DNA of 64,000 nt. Origin: Cenococcum geophilum. Lineage: Eukaryota. The translations under genes and the position numbers were made by a program. The stretch is from the NCBI GenBank assembly GCA_050273025.1, contig CP158635.1, positions 15,500,001-15,564,000 of the forward strand, in the 5' to 3' direction. Each line of letters begins with the position of its first letter. Position 1 is the stretch's first letter. The notes beneath the pieces were generated by a model. That model did no database searches. It saw nothing but the letters and a program-made list of their open reading frames with translations, and was not told the origin of the DNA. Positions 53,237 to 64,000 of the stretch are shown here, one piece after another.

Positions 53237-56200
53237 AAGAATGAATTAATAACACTTGCCGAGCTCTTTATACGGGAATAGTAGTCGGCAAGAAGCGACG
53301 AGAAGGCGAGTACGTAGTATAGTAAGACGAAGGATAAAAGGAAGGACTATAGTACACCAGGAACGGCAGAAAAAAGTCTTTTATATTTCGTTTATTATAT
53401 TTATAACAGTCTATACTATTATTCTCGCATTTATCGGAGCTACCTTTAAATTTATAATAATGGCGATAGTACCAGTAAAGGGATTGTTAGAAATGTTAGG
53501 CCTATTCTATAATAATAGTAAGGGTGCTAGAAAGGGAGAGGAAAGTAAACAGCCTATTAAACCGCGAAGCTCTCCTAAACTAAGGTATGCGATACTAACC
53601 CTAACTCCTATAATGTTAGGGACTAACGACCCTTAATAGATAGAGGATAAGGGTTACAAGGTCTACCTACCTGTCCCTAGAGAAACTATAGGTCCGCTAT
53701 CTCCTACTAAACTACTAATAGAATAAAATAAGGTGTATATTATAGCCCAGCCTATACCAGCTCTAGGAACCCTTAGAACCCCTTACTTTACAGGATGAAA
53801 TATATCGCAATTTATCGAATAGTATAAGCAGCTATATATCCGGCACCGTGTTACGGACAATAAGAAGTATTAAGGACTTTTAGAGTATTGCGACTATTAG
53901 ATAGGGATATGGATTTAAAGTCTGCCTAAATTTACTATTAGTAACTAGATAGAACTTATAGAAAAGCTTAAGACAGACTACTAAGGAAGTAACTACTTTT
54001 AACAAGTTAAAACGGTAGAATTCTTAGAAGCTTATATACTGCAGTATAGGAACAATCTACTTAGCAGTATATGCGAATACTATAGGCAGTTTACGTTAAT
54101 CTCCTAAAAGGTTACTAAGGCTGTGTCACGGGACACCCCCGTAACACCTTGCACACGTCCACCTGTTTCCACCGACTCAGCAATTAGAGACCAACCGCGA
54201 AATGGCAATCTGACGGCAATCTGATGGCAATCTAACGGCAATCTACGGCATTCTGCCATATTCTGCCAAGTTCCACCGAATTCTGCCAAGTTCTGCCAGG
54301 ACCACGACCTGAACCCTATTCTGCCCATGCACGTGTTGACCAAGCAACCAAGTCAACGATATATGCCCTTTCTTCCCGTTTCCCTACCTTCTTTCCTTAC
54401 GCAACGTCTTGACTTCATCACGCAGTTCATGTACATAGCTTAATAATACCTACTTCGCTATATATTATCACCGCTTGTGCTCACTCCGTGACAGGCTGGC
54501 AATTTAGAAAACCGTAAATAAGGGTACTAGTTTGCAAGAGGACTCCTATTTAAATACTAAAGATATATAATAACTAAAACAGGAGCCAACCCTGGTAGGC
54601 AAGAGTCTTTTAACTTCTACCTGCTAAGGAGAGCTATAGAAGACAGGCTTAATTCACATAAAGGCGCCAATTAGTTATTAATTATAAATCCTAAGAAATA
54701 AGGCCTTTATTAGCTAGTCAGACAATTCTATAATTAGTAACCAGCTATAATGAACTAAAGAGATACTGCCCTTTAACCACCTATAGTCTCTTAGCTAAGC
54801 GAGTTAGTAAATACCCATTAAACAACTTAGGAAATAAATCCTAAACTAAAGAAACTTACTAATTAACTCTAAAAGCTTAATCTTAGGATAGTTAAATTAG
54901 CAGGCGTTATATCTTTAATGCCGTTCCTAGATAGGATTTGCTAAAATCTAATATAGTATATATAGCTCCTAAATAGGGCGTTAATGCGTTAAGAACAAAT
55001 GGACCCATAACTAGCACTAGGTAATAATAGACCACAGCCGCCCTATAAGGGAGCGCTATAAGAATAATATAAGCCGGGCCTAGGAAGGTATAGAGGGCTA
55101 GGGAACTTTAGCGCATACTAGACATAAAATTAGACGTGTTATAGATATAGGGGTATCTACTATTTTATTAATCAGTGTCCAGAGCTTAAAGAGTTAGTTT
55201 ATTATGGTTTTATATATATAAACGAAAATAACTAAATATATGCTGGAATACGTAAGCGCCTAGGAAATATAATTCTATATTTACTAAGCAATAATTAGAT
55301 CTAGTTCCTTAAAGACTGGCTAAGGTAGAACGCGAATATTAATCCTAATACGCTAGCAATAGGTGTCTAACTAAAGGCAGCTTCTATAGAGCTTATAGAA
55401 GGTAGTAACGCTAAAAGTAAAGAGGAACTTAGTAAGTCCTAGGAAGATATATACTAAGTAGAGTCAATATATATTAATTTAGTAGGGGCCGTAACCTAGT
55501 TATAGCCTACGCTATAGGTATATAACCTTAGGAGACCGCAAGGGGAAGTAAGGGTAATAAAATAGCCTCTAAAACTATCTAGTCCATAACCGGCAATGGT
55601 TTAAAATGTACAACTAGGAGGATATATCTAAATTGCACCACGGCCCTAGCAGTAGGCTCCTCTACTACCGTTAAGCAGTAATAGGGGTAATAAAATAAAT
55701 TACACCAAATAGCTAAGATAGACGGAGTAAATGGCGGATATAATAACGATAGTTAAAGCATTACAACTAAAGCCAGTTAGGATAATAGATATACTAAAAG
55801 GAAACGTCCTAAGCCTAATAGTAATGGCGGATAAAATCTTATTAAAAACTATTAAAGTTACTGTTGGTAACTACCTTATATATATACCTAAAGTTATAAA
55901 GCTATTCTTTAAGTCTCTCCTACTACCCCTTATAGAGCCTTACTAATAGAAGTAGGAGGACGTTAAGGTATCCGTATTATTAGTATACCTAATATTCTAT
56001 ACTAATTAAGCCGGCTTAATAACTGCTAAAGTAGACCAGATTAAATAAGAAGTAGGATTTATCTAGTTTTAAAGGCGGTGCCTAAAGGTAGAAGCGTAGA
56101 TAGGAAACGAAAGGGCTAAATACTTAATTAACTTTAGAGCTGAGCTTAACCTTATTAAGGAAAGCGTAGCCCTATAATACGGCCTACTAATATTAAGTCT

Positions 56201-59200
56201 ACCTTTATAGTTATAAGGTAGGCGTCTAATGTCTATAAATAGAACTTAATTTAAGTTCATTAGGCTAGTATATATGGTCCCTATAGTAATAGGTAACGTC
56301 TTAATATCTATAACGTTTATTGCTATAGGGGAAATGTTATATAAGGTGATACTTGGTAAGCTATAGTTAGTAAGGGCTAGACTAGTAACAAAATAAACCG
56401 TAATAGGTTAGGTATCTTATATTATTTAATTAAAAGATAGTAGAGTCGAAACAAGGTTCTTAATATCCTATAAGGATACGATATTCTTTAAACTAGATAA
56501 AGGTATTAGTATAGAAAACAGTTTGGGAAATATATAGCTAGTATAACCACTAGGATTATATCTGGGGTTACTTATAACTCGGCGTATTAGGATAAAGAGA
56601 ATATTAAGAATAAAGAGGAGGGAAATAAGGTGCGGCTCTAACACGGACGTATACCGTTTTAAATATCCGCTAGATAAAGCTATTAGTAGAGAGAGGAGCA
56701 TAATATTAGATAGAGAAAGCTTAATAGTAAAACGTTAAAGGAAGTCTTAAAGAAACACTTAAGGAAGAATTAGAAGCTAGTATTTAAAGCAAAAGCTAAG
56801 TTCTTTATATATTAAATATTAAAGACAATAGATCTATTTATAATGTAAATAGAAAGCTACTAGAGTAAGGCCTAATTAAACGCTATAAATATAATAACTA
56901 CGTATAAATAAAAAGCAGATAAAGTCCACCTAGTTAATTTATTGGCACTAGATAGAATAGTTATAGGAGGCATAGTAAAATAGTAAGAGGTGGCCTTACG
57001 TTAATAGAAGGCGTTTATCTAAGGATTGCCTCTTAGACCGTATAATTATTTCCTTAAGCCGCGATATACTAAGCTGGCCCATAGTATATAACTAAAGCTA
57101 GAATAATTAGAGTATATAATTATAAGAGATATTTAGCTAAGAGAATGAGAGATCCTTAAGGCCATGTTATTTAACTAAGAAGAGGCTCTAGTATAGGAGT
57201 TCTCTAAGATGGGTCGTGTTAGCAGAGACGTAACCCTACTACTAAAGATTAAAACCGTGCCGTATAAAGTATAGCAAGTACCGAACTTTCTAGTACCCAG
57301 GGCCCTATAAGGAGAAGTAATAAATATATTACGAGAATAACTAGCTTAAGAGACTTTAGAATATTGCGAAAGCCTATATAGGAATCTATAGTTTCTTATA
57401 AGTAAAAAAAAAAACGCAATAAGTACCAACTAATTAACGCGGCGATAAATATTAACTAAGTAATTGTTAGGGACGCAAATCTGCCGCTATATACCAATGA
57501 ATTTTCTAAGGAGTTTATGGGGTATAAGGTTATATCTCTAGTAGACTTCTTCTTTAGCTATAACTAATTGGAGCTAGATATAGAAAGCAGGAACCTAATA
57601 GCTTTTATAATATCTCTGGGACTTTTATAATAAATAACAGTACCTATAAAAGGTATAAATTCTATAGCCTAGTTTGTGTAGACAATTACTAAGATCTTAG
57701 AACGGCACATCCTATACTATACCCTACTATTTCTAGATAACATTATAGTAAAAGGCCTATAGATAGTGTATAATGGGGAGGAGAGCCTTTTAGGCGTATA
57801 TAGATATATTTTGGAATATATTATATAGCTAGACGGAGTGCTTGCCAATTTAAAACGAGCTAGGTATATAATCTTAGGCGTAAAGTCTTATTTCTATAAA
57901 GATGAGATTATAGTAGTTAGCTACCGCTATAATAGAAAAGGGCGATATCTAAAAGAGTTAAAGGTCGTAAAGATTATTTACTAAAAAGACTATAAAGATA
58001 TTATATCAGCCCGAGCATTTCTAGGAGTTATTATATATTACTAAATATAGGTAGAAGACTTCGTAATTAAGGCAGAGCCAATCTTCTAACTGCCATAAGT
58101 GAATATTCTATTTGTATGGGGTATAGAGCAGATAGCCGCTATAAAGACTCTAAAGCATGCAGTCACTACTATACCTGCATTAGTTTAGCTAGATTATAGT
58201 AAAAAGGCTAGGCTAATTATTCTCGCCGTTAACGGATATAAGAATGGATGGGGGTGCGGCCTTATACAACTAGATATACAAAGTTATCGTCACCCGTATT
58301 AATATAAAAGCAGCATTTAGTCTTAGGCGGAGTAAAAATATAACTTAGGAAAGCTTAAATGTCGGGCGTTACTAGATGCGTTAAAGAAGTGTCGCGTATA
58401 CCTATACGGCGTTTGCTTTATAGTAGAGATAGATATAAATACCCTAGTCACATAACTAAATTATACCGCTACTGATTTACCCAGAGCCTTAATAATAAGA
58501 TAGCTAGCATAGATTTAGCTATAGGACTTTAATATTAGATATATGCCGGGGAAGAAGAATAGCCTAGCTAATAGACTTTCGTAACAGCTACCTAATAAGC
58601 CGACTAAGGATATTAAAGAGTTTATTAACTGTAAACTAAGTGCCTTAGAATATATAGCTGCCCCTCTTAAAATAGAAGCGGGTTTACTACTAGAAGACTT
58701 ATATTTAGAGAAATCTTAGGAGATTGCGAAGTGGCTAGTAACCTTATAACGTCCGGAAGAGATAAATACTAAGGAGTTTAAAAAGTTTAAATAATATACG
58801 CTAAAGTTCTTAGTGCGTAATTAATAGCTTTTTTATTAGTAGTTAAAAAATGTACTAATGCAAAGGGTAGTTAATAATAAGGACGCTTAGTAGGAGATTA
58901 TTAAAAGCCTTTATAATTAAAGCGGATATTATAGATAAGAGGGAACGTATTAGAGGATCTTAAATTAATATTAGTAGCTAGGGCTATAGGATTAGATATT
59001 ATAGTATGTTAAGTTATATCTGTAATGCTAAGAGCGACAGCTAGGATAGGAAGAAGAAGTAATTTACCCTATATAGGAGTCCACCTTATGGTAATAAGTA
59101 GTAGATATTACGTTTATGCCTCTAAGCCGTCTTAAATTCTAGTATCTAGCTATTACCTAAGAATATATATCTAGATAAGTAGAAGCTCGCGCCCTTTAAA

Positions 59201-60250
59201 ATAAGGATGTAAAAAGTATAGTAAAGTTCCTCTATAAAGATGTTATCTACTAATAGGGAGTATTTAGACAACTCTCTATAGATAATAGAGAAAAGAATGC
59301 TAACATTACCGCTGTGCTTGCAGAGCTCTATAATATTAAGAAGGTTATAGCTTCTACTTACTACGCTTAGGCGTAAGGCTTTATAGAGCAAGGCTATAAA
59401 CCTATAATAGACGCTTTGGCGAAGATAGATGGCTTATAGCTGGATAATCTTTATACCGTTTTATAGGCAGATAGAATAACTATTAAGCGGCCTATGGGAA
59501 TAACGCCGGTAAGAGTTATATGCGGATATAAGCATGTCCTTCCTATTAAACTCTATATATCCACTTAGCAGATATTACCTTAGTAAATAGTCCGGACTAC
59601 TATAGAGCTACTAGTACTTTATGTAAAGCAGTTTAACTAAAGAGACGTAGATATAAAAGAGGCTATTACGCGTATAAGATAACTAAGGGTAGCAAATAAG
59701 GAGTACTTTAATAATACCTACTATATTCGCCAGGACGGATTTAAGGTTAGAGATATAGTTATACTTTATAATACGCAGCTTAAGTAAGACTATTCTAGCA
59801 GTTATAAGTTAGATCTAAAATAGCTAGGCCCATTCCGCGTATATAAGAGTTACCCTTATAAAGGATAGTACTTAATTCAGGATCTTAACAGCACGCTATT
59901 CCGTAATTAAACTCTAGGGAATAGATTAAAGAAGTTCTATTAATAATAGATGTCTAAGGTCCGCTAGAAAGACTAGCTTAACTAGTTAGATAAAACTATA
60001 TTATAAAAAATAACAGCAGAGCCAGAACCTAAGGAGGATATTATATAAAATCCACTAGTATTATAATGCCGTATAGTTTAAAAAGTACGCGTTTTGAAAA
60101 GATTGTTTAATAAAGCTAAGTATAAAATATTTAACTAGGGGATAGTTAAGTTCTAAGGTAGGGGAGGGGATATAGATAACAGCCGTATAATCTATCCGTT
60201 TATTTACTATATTTCCTAAAGCTCTTTCTATTATACTTTCTTATTTACTT
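53237..60250 (+). mobile_element. Ty3/Gypsy LTR retrotransposon, RIPed
   Basis: PBS-like TGGCGA at 53461, gag with C..C....H....C knuckle (~55137), protease LI(D).(G)AELNLI (~56123), RT RDANLP..VDFF..Y and FLD(D)IIVKG (~57730), RNase H, integrase (~58900-59950), and PPT AAGGTAGGGGAGGGGA at 60155-60170. Confidence 0.9.
54124..54493 (+). mobile_element. Solo LTR (370 bp), essentially un-RIPed
   Basis: TGTCACGG...CCGTGACA with TSD GGCTG. Internal GGCAATCTGA and TTCTGCCAAG tandem repeats. Confidence 0.95.
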
Positions 60251-60747
60251 TTTTTAATTATAGGAATTTAATATGTAGCGGTAGTAAGGTAAAAATAGAA
60301 GAATATTTATGCATAACTATTTAGTATTATTTACTGCAAAGATATTAGTTCCGCTTACCGCCTTTACTAAGCTAATAGCAATTTTCTATCCTAGGGATAA
60401 AAAATTATAATTAGTCTATTTAACAATTAAAGCCGGTAGAACTCTACACCGCTACTTAAATTTAGTAGACTATTTAAATTAGAAAACCTTATTTAAAACT
60501 TTACCTTTTTACCCTTAATAAACCTTAAATATAGTTATAATTAGTTAAAGTTATAAGTTAAACAGAATTAATAATAGTATATTTATTATATCTTTATCTA
60601 GTAGACCTCTAGTACTATATAAAGGAGCTAAGTAATAGATTAGTAACGTCTTTATAAAAGTTAAAGGCTTGGCAGTTAATTAGCGTAAGGTAATACTCCT
60701 CTAAATCTATAACAAGATTCTGCTCTCTTAAGAAAACTACGCAGATA

Positions 60748-62917
60748 CAGTGTGTCCAAGAGCCAGCTACGCTGTCAGCTTCGCTGCCAAGAGGCTAATA
60801 ATGTAAGCAGTCAGCGAGCTTATAGAGTTGTGACAGTCAGTCAGCTATAAAACTGCAGCTAGCTGGCAGCTCGCTGTCTTGGCGGTAAGATTTGGTAGTA
60901 AGTTAAAGCTTTTATTAGAAGTTAAGGATATTTAAATCTTTAGCTAAGATTTAGTTAAGCTTACTAGTAAATATAAATACTAAGTTATTAATAAGCAGTT
61001 ACTATTATGTAAAGCTCCTATATTACGAATATAGAAGCATAAAGTGTTCCTTTTTAAGATGGTCTTTTACGTAAAAAGAGGCTCTAGCTTAAAGACGACG
61101 TGCTTTACTTATAATTTATGGCAATAATTATATTAATAGCTATTTAAAATTAAAGTATAACCTTATTATTAACTTTAAAAGTTATAGTAGTTATAAACGC
61201 TAGCTGTTTTAGATAGCTAGCTACATTTAAGCCTATATTAATTATATAATTATATAGGATATTACCATCTATTAAGCTGTAAGTCCTTTTACACACGCTC
61301 TACTAATATTTAACTATCTTTAGATCTAGGACTATCTTATAAAGGCGCCTATATTACTAAGTAATTAGATTAAAACTATATTTAAATAACGACGTATTAA
61401 TATTAAAGAACTCCCTCTTACCGTACTTAGTAAAATTAATCTTATCTATAATATCTAGATATCTATAAATAGAATATTATTACTTAGCATAGTAGCTTAT
61501 TTTATTAATAAAGGTAAAAAGCTTTAATTAGTACTTTTAGGCCTTTTATAACTATAAGGATTATACTTTACTAAGAATATATTAACGGCCCTAGTACTAG
61601 TAATTTAAAATTATTAATTTAAATATAAGCTTAGTCTCTTAATAGCTAATAATACTAGTAATAATAATAAGCTCTATAACTACCTTCTATAAAGCCTCTT
61701 AGTAGCTAAAAAGGAGTAGCTTAAGTGCGTTAGCTATATTATTAACCTTAAGCTTAAAGAAAGTCCATTAATATTAGCTATAATCTATTATAGGACGCGT
61801 TTACTAATAAAAATTAGTAGTAACTAGAGTAGCTTATTAAAATCTTAAAGCCTTTTATATTAGCTACTAAGCGTATATAAGGTAATACTAATATTCCTAG
61901 CATTAACGGCTTATATAGCGCTTTATAGAAGTTAATTACTAATATAAAGCCTTAATAATAAATACAACTTCTTTTTTAAATTAGGCGTCAATATAGCCAT
62001 TAAAAAGATTAATTAATATATATAGTTCTTAGCTATAGATAGGAGTTTTACTTCCTATTTTAATTCGCCTTAAAGTATAATTAAAAACGTATTAAGCTTA
62101 CTAGTAAGCTTAACCACTACTATAATATAGGCCTTAAGTCTATTACGATTAATTTTAATAATAGTAATAAGCGGAATATTATTATTTCCAATTCTCTTAA
62201 CTAGTAGCTTAAAATTAGTTAAATTCTTTATCTAATAATTACTAGAATTACTTTTAATATATTCTCTATCCTTATAATAAACTCTATATATATAAACGAG
62301 CCTTTAATTAAGATAAAAGAATTATTATTATTAAGCGTAATAGACTATTAGCCGATATAATTAAAGTAGATTAATATTAGGAGTAGCAGTTAATTAAAGG
62401 CCTTTTATTAAGTAGTTTAATTAACTATATTAACTCTAGTAGAGCTTTAACTATACCTTAGTTAATAAGCTTAAATATTAATCTTATTAGCTATAAGCTA
62501 ACTTTAGAGGTAAAAAGGCTAGCTTAGTGGGATATATTTAATAGAGCTTTATATTTAATTAAATCTAATATAGAAATAAAGCCTTTAGAGCCTTTACTAC
62601 CAACTATTCTACCTATTTTTTTTTAAAGCTTTTATAGGTATATAGAATAAATTTAGCTATATTTAATTACTATAATAGATAGATTAAGGTTAAATTTTAA
62701 TTAGGTTAAATTAATATTTATATATAAAGAGGTACTACTAAAATCCGCAATAAAATACTATAAAGTCTATACTACTTTCCTAATTAGGACAGCTAGCTGG
62801 CAGCTTCACAGTCAGCGTACATTGTCCGACAGTCAGCGGGCAGCGAGCGATCCAATTGACGCAGTCAGTCAGCTATTTTTCTCAAGATCGCAGCTAAGCT
62901 GACTGTTGGACACACTG
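60748..62917 (+). mobile_element. hAT DNA transposon (2170 bp), defective
   Basis: TIR CAGTGTGTCCAA/TTGGACACACTG, 8-bp TSD CGCAGATA, and GTCAGC-type subterminal repeats. Relic motifs A(D)N(A)SNN(D) (~61645) and L(R)CV(GH)IINL (~61721). Confidence 0.92.
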
Positions 62918-62929
62918 CGCAGATACTAC

Positions 62930-63900
62930 TAGTGTAGTAGTTAATTTCGTTAACTAGGATAATGGGCTATAAGTATCTCTAGGAAGGGATATATTCTTAT
63001 TAATCTTTAAGGACATCTCTAACGTTAGTAAAATAGTAAAAGATTAAAGAAATTAGTATAATAAAGCTAGAGAAACCATCCGAAAGTCCTAAGAATAAGG
63101 TGTTTTTAATAGTCTACTTAAACACGCGGTCTTCTATTACTTCCTTTTTACCGTCTAAAAGCTTACCATCTACCCACTTTATAAAGTAACGGCATAAGTT
63201 AATAAGGCCCTAATTAATAGGCTTAAACATTTAGGACGCGGCATTAAGAACACTACTTAACTATAGCTAACTAATTTCGCGCTCGCGCCGAAGATGCTAG
63301 GAAGGGTAATATTAGACTAGGTGGTAAATAAGTATAGCTTAGGAAGACACTTAGCTAGCTTCCTTATTCTAAATAAAAACCTACCGCTAAGAAGTAGGAG
63401 AGTAACTACTATAGGATTAGAGGTTACTAATATTAGAATTAGATAAGTAGGAGAGAGCTTAGCTCTTATACTGTAAATATATTTATAATATACTTCTAAT
63501 ATAATGAATCCTTTAGCCTTTTAGCCATTAACACCTATTTAAGGAGGAGGCGTTAGCATTATACCAAGTCCGTCCTAATAAGGATTATCTATATTAGTTA
63601 ACTCGCCCTTATTATCTATAAATAAGAGCATTCTCGTAGCTAAAACGCCTGTTGGCTCGCCCTTACAGCTACCAGTATCTTTATTAAAAAGGAATCTAAG
63701 AAAAGGGCTAATAATTGCTTACCTAGAAGTAGGAGGGCTAGGAGTAGAATTAATATTTAATAAGAACGTTATTAAGCCGGGAGATAATAAGGAGTATATT
63801 AAGGAGGCCGTAGATACTATAGCGATACTCTGCGTAAAATAAGGGTATAACTATAAGGATAATATACCCGCTTATCTTAAGGCGTCCCTAAACTAAACTA
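62930..63900 (+). pseudogene. RIP-degraded ORF of unknown function, interrupted upstream by the hAT element
   Basis: Long plus-strand frame (FKDISNV...KARETIRKS...LLKHAVFY.F...) with only RIP-type stops. Confidence 0.35.
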
Positions 63901-64000
63901 CTAAAATTAAACCAACTAAGGTTATAAAGCTCTTATATAGTTAGTATAAGATAGCTAGTTCTAATCTAGAGATATATAAGGTCTGCTAGATATATATATA

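Noticed and set aside
53256..59391. Short ORFs from the track (53256, 54104, 55731, 56468, 59146)
   Set aside because: These are fragments or antisense frames of the RIPed Gypsy element and the solo LTR, not independent genes.

Overview
This window is AT-rich, gene-free heterochromatin from a filamentous ascomycete. It shows strong TpA excess and CpA/TpG loss, typical of repeat-induced point mutation (RIP), and consists almost entirely of nested, RIP-damaged transposons. No intact host gene is visible. The nesting can be read from termini and target-site duplications (TSDs). (1) A non-autonomous TIR element with an 8-bp TSD (229-32188) has hairpin-forming termini and 12-bp minisatellites. It encloses several Tad1-like LINE fragments. 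(2) Inserted at a TA in one LINE is a ~23-kb Plavaka-type (CMC/CACTA-related) DNA transposon (7564-30514) carrying many cargo gene relics. These include a SNF2-family helicase and an intron-containing N-terminal fragment of the RNAi helicase SAD-3/Hrr1 (ZNFX1-like), which is the most notable observation. The same element also holds a foldback element containing a DD34E Tc1 copy with an apparent 5-bp TSD. (3) A second, truncated Plavaka copy (35390-~40494) holds a young gag-only 1.7-kb LTR element and a solo LTR. (4) The rest comprises a chromodomain Ty3/Gypsy element (minus strand), a Ty1/Copia element, a second Gypsy element with an un-RIPed solo LTR, a pogo-like MITE and a hAT element. Protein calls come from manual translation with RIP changes (C>T, G>A) mentally reverted. 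No database search was run, and coordinates of relic genes are approximate.
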